The notes under the pieces: generated by a model
What the model saw: the letters and a program-made list of their open reading frames with translations, nothing else
Database searches by the model: none
What the model was told of the DNA's origin: nothing
Source of the DNA: a virus
Taxonomy: Duplodnaviria > Caudoviricetes
DNA length: 56,017 nucleotides
Virus record (IMG/VR): IMGVR_UViG_3300009151_000087
Span: 1 to 56,017 of that record
Strand: one strand, 5' to 3'
Part shown: in pieces, positions 38,593 to 47,859 of the stretch
Layout of the letters: each line of letters begins with the position of its first letter
How positions within the stretch are numbered: position 1 is the first letter of the stretch
Program-made: the position numbers and the translations under genes

Positions 38593-38598
38593 TAAATA
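38593..38598 (+). promoter_or_regulatory. Late promoter motif TAAATA
   Basis: Immediately after the terminator, upstream of ORF 38687. Confidence 0.65.
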
Positions 38599-38606
38599 CA
38601 CTGTTC

Positions 38607-38662
38607 ACTCTCATCCTGGGAGTTTATGCGGAACCCCACCGCGTAGTAGATAGAATCTACTA
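38607..38662 (+). promoter_or_regulatory. Structured 5' leader with three consecutive hairpins
   Basis: ACTCTCA/TGGGAGT, TATGCGG/CCGCGTA and AGTAGAT/ATCTACT lie between the promoter and SD AAGGAG. Confidence 0.5.
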
Positions 38663-38686
38663 GTTTTATTTTTAAGGAGAAACAAA

Positions 38687-39376
38687 ATGGGACGTCCAAT
38701 TAAGAAAACATTTTTTGGTAATTTAAATACACCAGACGGCAGCAATGTGGAATTAGGCAGCGGTGTAGGTGGCGAAGGTATTGCTGCAATTACGGTAGCA
38801 GCCGCCGGATCTGGATATAGAACAACTAGTACCAGTATCACATTTGGTGCTCCGCAAATCACTGGAGGATCTACAGCAACCGGTTATGTTACAGTAAACG
38901 GCACCGGCACAATCGCTTCTGTAACTATTACAGATCCAGGAGCTGGTTATTTAAATACAAGTAGCATTTTTACATTAAATGCTACATTTGGATCAAGCGC
39001 AGCATTAGTTGCTTCGTTGACCACTACTGTTACTAATGCTCTAGCAATCAATTCATATATTGTGGGCGGAAGTCAACGTACAAATGGAGACATTATCAAG
39101 CAAGAAGCTAGTCGTCGTTACTTGGTACAAAATGCCGACGGGCGAGGACAATGTATATTAGCCACCACTTCTACTCTTACCGCAGGTACTATGAATCTAA
39201 TTGCTACCGACAGTTTAAACAGTACATATTTTGTTAGTAAATTAACTGCGCATCGTGCCAACTTAACTCAGTATCTAGACGGTGGATCTGGATTTGAATA
39301 TGCCGCCGGTGCTGTTGCTGGATGGAATATTACTACCCCTACTACTGGTACAGTAAGTATTGCTCATACAATCTAA
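38687..39376 (+). CDS. Virion structural protein, possibly head decoration
   Basis: Own late promoter, strong SD and terminator; T/G/S-rich with ITV..AGSGY and VTITDPGAGY motifs; directly follows the capsid gene. Confidence 0.65.
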   Translation: MGRPIKKTFFGNLNTPDGSNVELGSGVGGEGIAAITVAAAGSGYRTTSTSITFGAPQITGGSTATGYVTVNGTGTIASVTITDPGAGYLNTSSIFTLNATFGSSAALVASLTTTVTNALAINSYIVGGSQRTNGDIIKQEASRRYLVQNADGRGQCILATTSTLTAGTMNLIATDSLNSTYFVSKLTAHRANLTQYLDGGSGFEYAAGAVAGWNITTPTTGTVSIAHTI

Positions 39377-39394
39377 AAATTTTATAGAGTATCA

Positions 39395-39420
39395 ACAAAG
39401 GACTCTCAGGAGTCCTTTGT
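39395..39420 (+). terminator. Terminator-like hairpin
   Basis: ACAAAGGACTC-TCAG-GAGTCCTTTGT, 11-bp stem after the stop at 39376; weak U-tract. Confidence 0.7.
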
Positions 39421-39447
39421 CGTTATGTGTGTACGAAATCATTTAGG

Positions 39448-39453
39448 TAAATA
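39448..39453 (+). promoter_or_regulatory. Late promoter motif TAAATA
   Basis: 5 nt before ATG 39459. Confidence 0.6.
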
Positions 39454-39458
39454 CTGGT

Positions 39459-39986
39459 ATGACTACCGCGTGGACCTTGCCTACTATATTTTCTCAATAT
39501 GCCGAACCCGGCGGCGAAGATGTACATATACAGTGGAACGATTCGACTCAATTTAGAGAGCTAAGAAATTTAGATGGTGGATTTGTTTGTACACAAAAAC
39601 CTCTATTACATATAGCTCGACAGCCAAAACACGATATATTGATGAAAACATATTTCTTAAGAACAGCAGGATTCCAATTTAGTAATCTACCATCTGAAAT
39701 ATCAGGTATTGAATGTAGATTAACCATGAACAGATCTGGTAGAATCATGGACGATGAAATATTTTTATATTATGATGGTAATACTGTTGGAGAAAATCAA
39801 GCTACAATGGATTTATCTCCTATTAAAATATACGGCAGCAATAGTTCTTTATGGGATAGCAGTGGAATTACACAACAAACCCTACAAGATCCTACATTCG
39901 GAGTGGTGATTAGATTTAAATCTCACCCTAATTGGCCTCACAAATCTACTCCATTAGTGGATGCTGTTGAGTTACGAATTCATTAA
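39459..39986 (+). CDS. Hypothetical late protein, beta-rich
   Basis: 175-aa ORF filling the gap, preceded by the late motif. Confidence 0.7.
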   Translation: MTTAWTLPTIFSQYAEPGGEDVHIQWNDSTQFRELRNLDGGFVCTQKPLLHIARQPKHDILMKTYFLRTAGFQFSNLPSEISGIECRLTMNRSGRIMDDEIFLYYDGNTVGENQATMDLSPIKIYGSNSSLWDSSGITQQTLQDPTFGVVIRFKSHPNWPHKSTPLVDAVELRIH

Positions 39987-39991
39987 AACAA

Positions 39992-39997
39992 TAAATA
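39992..39997 (+). promoter_or_regulatory. Late promoter motif (AA)TAAATA
   Basis: Followed by SD AAGGA and ATG 40015. Confidence 0.65.
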
Positions 39998-40014
39998 CTC
40001 TAAAGGAATAGAAA

Positions 40015-43000
40015 ATGGCAACAAGAGTATCGGGCACAAGATCGTTATCACCACAAAGTGGATCGGTATCCAGTATCGCCGGCGCGCAGAATGGTAGCAT
40101 TACAGAATCTAACAACGGAACAGTAACCGTATCTGGATCAGTTACACAGTTAGCAGCCAGTGGTACCAATGTATCTGGGCTACTGAATGTAACTAACACA
40201 ACGCCAACAACAGATCCTACTAATGGTGCTGTTCACGTTTCCGGTGGTCTAGGAGTTGAGGGCGATGTAAGAGTAGGCGGGTTTATCTACGGTCGTATTG
40301 CCCAAGCCAATTCTGCCACAACTTCTACAAATATTACAGTAGTTAACACAAATGAAAATGCCAAATTCTTTCCTTTGTTTACTGACCCGGCTGGATTGAT
40401 ACAATATGGATCTATCCTCTATGCCGATAATAGAAATGTAAATAATAGCGACGGAGGACTAACATACAATCCTGGAACAGGAATGTTGACATCTGAAAAG
40501 ATGGCAGTTGAATCCGGTGCTCCTTCTATTAGTCCTGTTACTGGTGCTTTCACTGTTACCGGCGGTGTTGGTATACTAGGCGATATTCATATCCAAGGTG
40601 ATATTGTACCAGGCGATGATTTATTGAGTAATCTAGGATCACTAGGAGCCCGATGGTCTGATGCTTATCTTGACAATGTTTATGCCAAGACATTGACCTC
40701 TCTTGGAACAGATAATATATCATTAACACCGGCAGGTGGTACCACTGACATATTTGGTGACATTAGAGTACGAGGTGTTAATCCAATTGGAACATCTCCT
40801 GTAGTAACCAATGTACTTTATGTAACCATGGACGGTAACGATACCAATGATGGTCGTGCACAAGATGCCAGTCGTGCTTGCCGTACTATCACTGGAGCAG
40901 TCAATAGCCCTTACTACCAATCTGGCACACAGATTAAAGTTTCTGCGGGATTTTATCTTGAAGATAATCCTATACAATTAAAACCTTATACCAGTATAGT
41001 TGGTTCCGATCTTAGAACTACCAGCGTTGAACCAATTAATAAAACACAAGATTTATTCCATTTAAACTCAGGGTGTTATCTAGCAGGCATGCAATTTTTA
41101 AATGGCCGTAGCGGCCTACTACCGGGCGATTATGCCGCAGGCTATAATAGAGGTGCGTTTGCCACAGCATTTCCTCCTTTGACAGGTGATGCGCGTATTG
41201 ACTTATTCCATTCGCCATACATACAAAACTGTACTAATCAAAGCGGTCCATGGTTAAAAGATGGTACTATGTTTGTTCCAGATCAAACTGTACAAGTACC
41301 TGCTGCAGTTGGTACAGGTACATGGTTGTCCAATACTACTACTATAATAGTAAATGTTGGTACTGGTACTATTGTACAAGGTATGTCAATCAATGCCGGT
41401 AAACAAAATCCAGGATTCTTTGATGCTAGAACACTATTGCTGGCCAGTAAACCTTTCCTACAGGAACAAGTTGTAGCCTATATAAATGAACAAATCGCTG
41501 TATATGGTGCTGTTTCTAGCAGCATATGGTATAATTTTGATTACAGTAGAGAATTCTGTTTTAGAGATGTCGGTATCCTAGTAGAAAATATTTCATACGA
41601 TGCTTCTTTTGGTGGAAATGAAAAAGCAGTTGAAAGCGGCCTGGCTTACTACAAGGGAGTGGTAAGTCTTATTGCTGGACAAGAGGCACAAACTTCTGCT
41701 GGTATTGAATATTTAAAATCTCTGTGTTTAAATGTGATAGACAATGTACCTTGTACAGATCTATTAACCGGAACAGGAAAATATCAACAGGTTATTAATA
41801 CTGTGCTAACAGGTGGTAATGCTGCTGCTGATTCAATTGTACAACTGTTTGATATAATCACAACTATTATTAATAATGGCCCAGATGCTGCTCCTGCTGT
41901 TTACAATAGTACTGGCCCGGATGCTGCTTTTGTCAGTGCTGAAATATTGCTACAGGCCAACAGAAAGTTTATTCAAGAAAATACTTTAAATTATATCAAT
42001 TGGAATTTGGTATATCCGCAACCCGAAGGATATCTTCCATATAATAAAATAAAATGCCGTAGAGATACAGGCATTATTATTGATTCGTTAGCATTTGATT
42101 TATTATATCCTAGTGCCGATGATAGCCAGATAACTTTTTCGGGTTTACAATATTGGAGCCAAGACAGCTATATAGGAACTATCGCAGATGAATTAACTAC
42201 AACCACTAATGCCATAAAATACCTTAAAGATTTAAGCGTTAAAATTATTCAAAATATCACACCAGCTGACGATTTAGTGAATAGATATAGCGGAAGTACT
42301 CAAGATATTGCCCTTGAATCTGCTACAGTAACCGAGGCAGGGGTATTAAGTAAAAACTTTGATATCATTATTTCAATACTGAAAGGTAACAATAAAGGCT
42401 GGACTGATAAAATTGTACCTAACGGACCGGTCAGTGATTTATTATCAGTCAAGAATGCTTACAATATATTGTTGGCAAATTTAGATAATAATTATATACA
42501 GGATGAAATAATTGCCTATATTGAAGCAACTAAAACACCCGGTTTTACGTACAACGATACTACCTGCAGAAGAGATATAGGTTATATTGTTCGATCCATA
42601 GCATTTGATTTGTTACACGGTGGCAATAGACAATCTATTCAAAGTGGATTAGCATATTATGGATTTAACGGAGCCAATACTGTAATTCCTCAAGAAAGAA
42701 CGCAAACGGTTGGAGCATTTACATTCTTGAGTCAAACTATCGCAGCCATGTTGATTAATCCTACATTGCTGATCACACCAGAACAAACTAAAGTAAAACA
42801 AACAGTTGGGCTACCGTTGGCTACTTCTGCTGAACAGGCATCGGTCTTTAGCAAAATAAATGTATTAAACGATATTATCTTAAATGGGCCGGGTTCACAT
42901 GTGGCAAGTCTTATTGGCTCGACTGTAACAACCAGCACTAGTGTTGTAAATGCTTTTAATATTATAGAAACTAATAAAGCATTTTTAGTAGCGGAAGTGT

Positions 43001-45429
43001 TGGCATACCTTGATAAAACATACAATGCTGGAGCATTTAGCTACGATCAAGATAAGTGCTTCAGAGATACTGGACTACTGGTAGATGCTGTCAGCCAAGA
43101 TATTCTACTAGGCGGAAATAGTAAAAGTGTCCAAGCAGGATTATCTTATTGGAGTCAAGGTTATAATTCCGTTGCAGAACAAGCTACAACTACAACTGCC
43201 GCTATAAATTATATATCATCAATTGCGAGTCAAATAATTGCTAATACTACAGTTACAAGTGTAACAGGCACAATCGCGACGCAAGTAATCAATCCATTCT
43301 TCCAGTATGGTGGTGACTACATGCCTACACAGGCTGTAACCCGTAACTTTGGTATTATAGCGAATATTGTGACCAATGGACCTAAAGCAGCACCGGTATA
43401 TTATGCCGGTGGAGGACTCACCCCGCTGACAGGAATAAATGGTGCAGATGTAAAGCTGCCGCCAAAAGTTACTTCTGTATCTTTAATTGATACCAATAGA
43501 TATCTAATTGGTCTAAGCGAACCAACTGTGGGATTTGGTACAAATGCTACTCTCTATTTTGGAGATGTTTATGTACAGCCTTTACAAGACAATACAGTTG
43601 AAGCATTGAGTATTCAATATTCAGGAACATCGACCACTTGGGATAGTAGAAAATTAGATCCAATTGGCGGTATGGGAGGTAGCTTAGTAGACGGAGCAGT
43701 AATTAGCGATATATCACCAATCCAGTCTTTTGTTTATGATGCCTATACACAGGTAACACAAGGTGGACGTGGAATTTATGTTACCAATAATGGATATGCC
43801 CAGTTAGTTTCTGTGTTTACTATTTTCTGCAGTGTAGGTGTACAGACCGATAATGGTGGTATTGCTAGTATTACAAACTCCAATAATAACTTTGGTGACT
43901 TATGTCTTGTTTCTAAAGGATATGGTACAAGAGCATTCTCCGGTACAGTATATAATCCTATATATACCGCTTATCCAAATACTCCAGGACCCGATGGTTT
44001 CAATCAATATTATCCAAATGGATATTGGCCAAATAGAGGAACTGTAGAATTATTTGTACCAGATACAGCAGATAGACCACATATTAGTTTGATTATGGAA
44101 GTTGTACCTCCTTTGAAAGTTTACGATCCGGCAACTTCAACATATGTTGATCAACTTAATGCTCAAGGATTTCCTGGATTCTTAACAGCCCAGCCTAGTA
44201 CTAATTTATTAACAACCGGTACTATTGTATTGACCGGGGTTGATAACAGCGATATTGCCATAGGCAATACTGTATATATAAGAGATCAGCAAGGTAGAGA
44301 ATATGATAACAACGGTATAAGATATGCTGCTACAGGAACTGTTGTAGCAGATCTGGGTTATAATACCATAACATTATCAAAAGCACTAACCAGCGGTGGT
44401 GGCGAAGTTAATAACCCTATATATTTTACTTTATATTTCTGCGGAAATGCTTATTACACAGTATTATCTAGTAGTTTAGCAACTAACCCTAAGCCACTCG
44501 ATGTTAACATTTTATCGTCGGAAGGATTGACTTATCGAGATCCGTTTACGGGAATTGTGGTACCCGTAAATGATCAAATAGAAAGTCACGCTGCTGCGAT
44601 TGGTTACTTGAGTTCTTTAGTAGATAATGTTATTGCCAACACCGCTGTGGGGTCTCTGTATCAAACAACATCAACGTCTACTCAGATAATTCTGCCATTG
44701 ATTACCGGCGGAGCTCAAGCTCAAACATTTATAGATGCTAGATTTAGTAATATTATTAATATAATTAATGCTGCTGATATCACGGCCGCTAAGGCAGTAG
44801 TTCCACCGCGTGCCTTAAAGAAAAAAGGAACAATACCTGCCGGAGCAGGAAGTGCTGTTACTTTGATTAACGCTAATTTAGATTTCTTTGCCGCAGAGGT
44901 TAATGCGTTTGTTAAAACTACCTATCCTGGTAATAATTATAACAAAGATAAATGCGATAGAGATGTTAGATTAATATTACAAAGACTGATATACGATATA
45001 GAATCTGGCGGAACTTATAACTCTGTTATGAGTGGACTGAGTTACTGGTCAAGAGCAGGCACTCATCATATAGTAGAATTAGGCGAGGCAGTGACTAATA
45101 CAGCATTATTTCCGGATGGTGCTACAGTAAACTTCTATCAGCGTAGTTATATCAGTGCCAGTGGATATCTATTTGAATATGTTGGCGCAGGTACCAATTA
45201 CGGAGCATTACCTCAGGTGGGCAGAGCTGACCCTGTACAATCAAAAGAAACTGTTCAATTGAATTATGGTGCGGTATTCTTTACTTCAACCGATCAGAAC
45301 GGTGATTTTAGAATTGGTAAAGGGTTGGTTATTAGTCAAGCAACCGGCGTACTGAGCGGAAGAACATTTACTAAATCGTTATTTGCTAACATGACACCAT
45401 TTATATTAGCAATTGAAGCTGGAAGATAA
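40015..45429 (+). CDS. Large virion appendage protein: fibre-like N-terminus, pectin-lyase-like beta-helix, five phycobiliprotein-like helical repeats
   Basis: LYVTMDGNDTNDG...IKVSAGFYLE...SIVGSDLR...SPYIQNCT (beta-helix start); five C-x-R-D repeats with Cys codons at 41557, 42055, 42565, 43057 and 44953. Confidence 0.75.
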   Translation: MATRVSGTRSLSPQSGSVSSIAGAQNGSITESNNGTVTVSGSVTQLAASGTNVSGLLNVTNTTPTTDPTNGAVHVSGGLGVEGDVRVGGFIYGRIAQANSATTSTNITVVNTNENAKFFPLFTDPAGLIQYGSILYADNRNVNNSDGGLTYNPGTGMLTSEKMAVESGAPSISPVTGAFTVTGGVGILGDIHIQGDIVPGDDLLSNLGSLGARWSDAYLDNVYAKTLTSLGTDNISLTPAGGTTDIFGDIRVRGVNPIGTSPVVTNVLYVTMDGNDTNDGRAQDASRACRTITGAVNSPYYQSGTQIKVSAGFYLEDNPIQLKPYTSIVGSDLRTTSVEPINKTQDLFHLNSGCYLAGMQFLNGRSGLLPGDYAAGYNRGAFATAFPPLTGDARIDLFHSPYIQNCTNQSGPWLKDGTMFVPDQTVQVPAAVGTGTWLSNTTTIIVNVGTGTIVQGMSINAGKQNPGFFDARTLLLASKPFLQEQVVAYINEQIAVYGAVSSSIWYNFDYSREFCFRDVGILVENISYDASFGGNEKAVESGLAYYKGVVSLIAGQEAQTSAGIEYLKSLCLNVIDNVPCTDLLTGTGKYQQVINTVLTGGNAAADSIVQLFDIITTIINNGPDAAPAVYNSTGPDAAFVSAEILLQANRKFIQENTLNYINWNLVYPQPEGYLPYNKIKCRRDTGIIIDSLAFDLLYPSADDSQITFSGLQYWSQDSYIGTIADELTTTTNAIKYLKDLSVKIIQNITPADDLVNRYSGSTQDIALESATVTEAGVLSKNFDIIISILKGNNKGWTDKIVPNGPVSDLLSVKNAYNILLANLDNNYIQDEIIAYIEATKTPGFTYNDTTCRRDIGYIVRSIAFDLLHGGNRQSIQSGLAYYGFNGANTVIPQERTQTVGAFTFLSQTIAAMLINPTLLITPEQTKVKQTVGLPLATSAEQASVFSKINVLNDIILNGPGSHVASLIGSTVTTSTSVVNAFNIIETNKAFLVAEVLAYLDKTYNAGAFSYDQDKCFRDTGLLVDAVSQDILLGGNSKSVQAGLSYWSQGYNSVAEQATTTTAAINYISSIASQIIANTTVTSVTGTIATQVINPFFQYGGDYMPTQAVTRNFGIIANIVTNGPKAAPVYYAGGGLTPLTGINGADVKLPPKVTSVSLIDTNRYLIGLSEPTVGFGTNATLYFGDVYVQPLQDNTVEALSIQYSGTSTTWDSRKLDPIGGMGGSLVDGAVISDISPIQSFVYDAYTQVTQGGRGIYVTNNGYAQLVSVFTIFCSVGVQTDNGGIASITNSNNNFGDLCLVSKGYGTRAFSGTVYNPIYTAYPNTPGPDGFNQYYPNGYWPNRGTVELFVPDTADRPHISLIMEVVPPLKVYDPATSTYVDQLNAQGFPGFLTAQPSTNLLTTGTIVLTGVDNSDIAIGNTVYIRDQQGREYDNNGIRYAATGTVVADLGYNTITLSKALTSGGGEVNNPIYFTLYFCGNAYYTVLSSSLATNPKPLDVNILSSEGLTYRDPFTGIVVPVNDQIESHAAAIGYLSSLVDNVIANTAVGSLYQTTSTSTQIILPLITGGAQAQTFIDARFSNIINIINAADITAAKAVVPPRALKKKGTIPAGAGSAVTLINANLDFFAAEVNAFVKTTYPGNNYNKDKCDRDVRLILQRLIYDIESGGTYNSVMSGLSYWSRAGTHHIVELGEAVTNTALFPDGATVNFYQRSYISASGYLFEYVGAGTNYGALPQVGRADPVQSKETVQLNYGAVFFTSTDQNGDFRIGKGLVISQATGVLSGRTFTKSLFANMTPFILAIEAGR

Positions 45430-45441
45430 AAAGGATAAAAT

Positions 45442-45825
45442 ATGGCACAGTTACCATTAAACACATTTAAAACCAAAACACAGGTATTAACAACCGTGAC
45501 TAATTCTACGGTTTATACAGCGCCGATTGGTGTTACATCTATTGTATTAATGGCACAAATAGCCAATCTTACAACCGCAACACATACTATTAGTTTCATA
45601 CATCATAGGAGACTTCCGGTCTTACAAGACGCCCAGGGAAACGGAGCACAACCTGCAAATGTTGATAGTTACTTATTGAAAAACTTTGGTGTTCCTCCAA
45701 GCGATGCTGCTTCTCCATTATCAGGAAAAATGATTATTGAAAGTTTAGATAGTATAAGAGCATATGCTAGTGCTGATAATTCCTTACAATTGGTATTGAG
45801 CATACTAGAGACTGCTAACGCTTAA
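45442..45825 (+). CDS. Small virion structural protein
   Basis: 127 aa, beta-rich (VYTAPIGVTSIVLMAQIAN...LVLSILE); SD AAGGA; within the fibre operon. Confidence 0.7.
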   Translation: MAQLPLNTFKTKTQVLTTVTNSTVYTAPIGVTSIVLMAQIANLTTATHTISFIHHRRLPVLQDAQGNGAQPANVDSYLLKNFGVPPSDAASPLSGKMIIESLDSIRAYASADNSLQLVLSILETANA

Positions 45826-45847
45826 CATATTATAGAGAATAAAAATA

Positions 45848-47848
45848 ATGCCATCATTAATTAGCGGGTCAGTACTACGTTCAGGAGGTAGCAATCAATA
45901 CATAACATTGGCTACTGCACAACCGCAGTTGCCTCCTACTCCTACAACTTCAACTGGATATACAGTTGTTACCGATTCTTCATTAATAACCACCTATCGA
46001 TCTAGTTTAGGAAATATTGAATTCAATCAGGGCGAACTCTATAGCAATCTACCTTATCAAAATATACGTATAGTTGCCACAGGTACCAGCAAAGTTATTG
46101 TAACAGGCGGTATAGCAAATACAGGAACCGATACCGGTGCCTTGATAGTCCAGGGCGGCATTGGTATAAGTGATGGCCTATGGGCAGGAAAAGACATACA
46201 TGTCAACGGATTAACTATTGGGCAAGGATATCAAGGTCTTAACAACATAGTAGTTCGCGGTGATGCTAGAGCACAGAACGATGCTTATCCCGGACAAGCA
46301 ATAATCGCCATAGGATATGATACTTTAACCGGACTAGATACATCGTTAAAATCAATAGCCATCGGACGATACGCATTAAGTTCAGGAACTGGAATTTTAA
46401 ACAGTATTGCCATTGGTGATAGTGCTTTAAAGAAGTTGGGTACAGTGCCCGGCGGTCTAGCAGAATCTAACATTGCTATAGGTAATTATTCCGGCGACGA
46501 ATTAATTGATGGAAGATTAAATCTTTTCCTTGGGCATGATATTGCTCCAAACTTGACCACAGGTTCCTATAATTTCTTTGTGGGACACGAAGTTGGTATA
46601 AACATGACACACGGTAACGGAAATATTGCCATTGGCGGCGATAATCTACGTGACGGCGTTGATAATCAGATCAACATTGGCTCAATGTTATACTATGATG
46701 GCGGCGGCTATCTACAATTAAATGCAGATACCGGTCTAGGTCTTGGTACCACAGCGAGTCCTCTTACACAATTAAACACCGTTAGTAATATCAATACTTC
46801 CACTGTTCCGGTAGTGGTAACAAGTATTAGTCATGGACTTACCAGCGGAGAAGATGTAATAATAACAGGTATTCAAGGAACTACACAAATTAATAATAAT
46901 GTGTATTATGTAAAAAATCTTACTACCAATACATTCTCGTTGTACTATGATAGACTATTGACTACACCTGTCAATGGAACAACATTTACCAACTATATTT
47001 CTAGTGGTACAGTTTATGCCGTTCAACCAAATGGTGCTCTTATCGTACTAGGCGGCGCTTATATTACTGACAATCTTATTGTTGATAACGACACTGTTTT
47101 AAACCGTGCGTTGACTGTTGCTGGTACAGGAACAGTGACACTGACTCCTACATCGAGCGGCACAGTTATTATAAATCCCAACACTGTTGGATCTATAGAT
47201 TCTATGACCATTGGTTATAATAAACGCAACGATGGCTATTTTAGAAATTTATATGTTAATACATTAACAGTAGATCATTTCTTTATAAATTCCATTGATG
47301 GTGCTATTGATAAAACAAATAATATCATGGGCGGCTATCGAGGTAGCATACCAATTCAATCGGCACCAGATACCACAGCATTCATACCAATAGGCAGTGC
47401 TGGACAGGTATTGATTGCTACCGGTACTACAGCAACCTGGCAATCAATTGGTGGTCTATCGGCAGGTACCGCTACCAACTCTGAAAATATTTTTATAAAT
47501 CCTGTAGTACCCAACAGTCCGTATTATCTAGTATTAGGTGAAACTATTAGCGATTATGGTCCTTTAGATGCAGATTCACTGTTGACCTATCAGACTAATG
47601 ATAAGACACTAACTGCTCCAAATTTAACTATAACCAATACTGCTACAATTTTAGGTAGTATATATGGTGTTGTTACAGGTAATCCTGACGAAAATTATCT
47701 ACTATATAGTCCAAAAACTACCGTAGGCTCTAGTCCACATACATATCCTAGAATTGGAGATTATTGGATAGATTCAGATAACAGAGCAGGATATCAATAT
47801 ATTAATGATAGTGGTAGCCGATTTTGGTTACAGATTTTTATATTATAA
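45848..47848 (+). CDS. Tail fibre-like protein with YadA-head-like AIG repeats and an FCCH-like beta domain
   Basis: Repeats IAIGYDTL/IAIGRYAL/IAIGDSAL/IAIGNYSG; VTSISHGLTSGEDVIITGIQGTTQINNNVYYV; GALIVQGGIGI fibre motif. Confidence 0.7.
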   Translation: MPSLISGSVLRSGGSNQYITLATAQPQLPPTPTTSTGYTVVTDSSLITTYRSSLGNIEFNQGELYSNLPYQNIRIVATGTSKVIVTGGIANTGTDTGALIVQGGIGISDGLWAGKDIHVNGLTIGQGYQGLNNIVVRGDARAQNDAYPGQAIIAIGYDTLTGLDTSLKSIAIGRYALSSGTGILNSIAIGDSALKKLGTVPGGLAESNIAIGNYSGDELIDGRLNLFLGHDIAPNLTTGSYNFFVGHEVGINMTHGNGNIAIGGDNLRDGVDNQINIGSMLYYDGGGYLQLNADTGLGLGTTASPLTQLNTVSNINTSTVPVVVTSISHGLTSGEDVIITGIQGTTQINNNVYYVKNLTTNTFSLYYDRLLTTPVNGTTFTNYISSGTVYAVQPNGALIVLGGAYITDNLIVDNDTVLNRALTVAGTGTVTLTPTSSGTVIINPNTVGSIDSMTIGYNKRNDGYFRNLYVNTLTVDHFFINSIDGAIDKTNNIMGGYRGSIPIQSAPDTTAFIPIGSAGQVLIATGTTATWQSIGGLSAGTATNSENIFINPVVPNSPYYLVLGETISDYGPLDADSLLTYQTNDKTLTAPNLTITNTATILGSIYGVVTGNPDENYLLYSPKTTVGSSPHTYPRIGDYWIDSDNRAGYQYINDSGSRFWLQIFIL

Positions 47849-47859
47849 AGTTTTAAACT

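Noticed and set aside
40015-45429. Inferring a cyanobacterial host from the phycobiliprotein-like repeats
   Set aside because: No photosynthesis or other host-diagnostic genes are in the window, and the repeats are embedded in a structural protein
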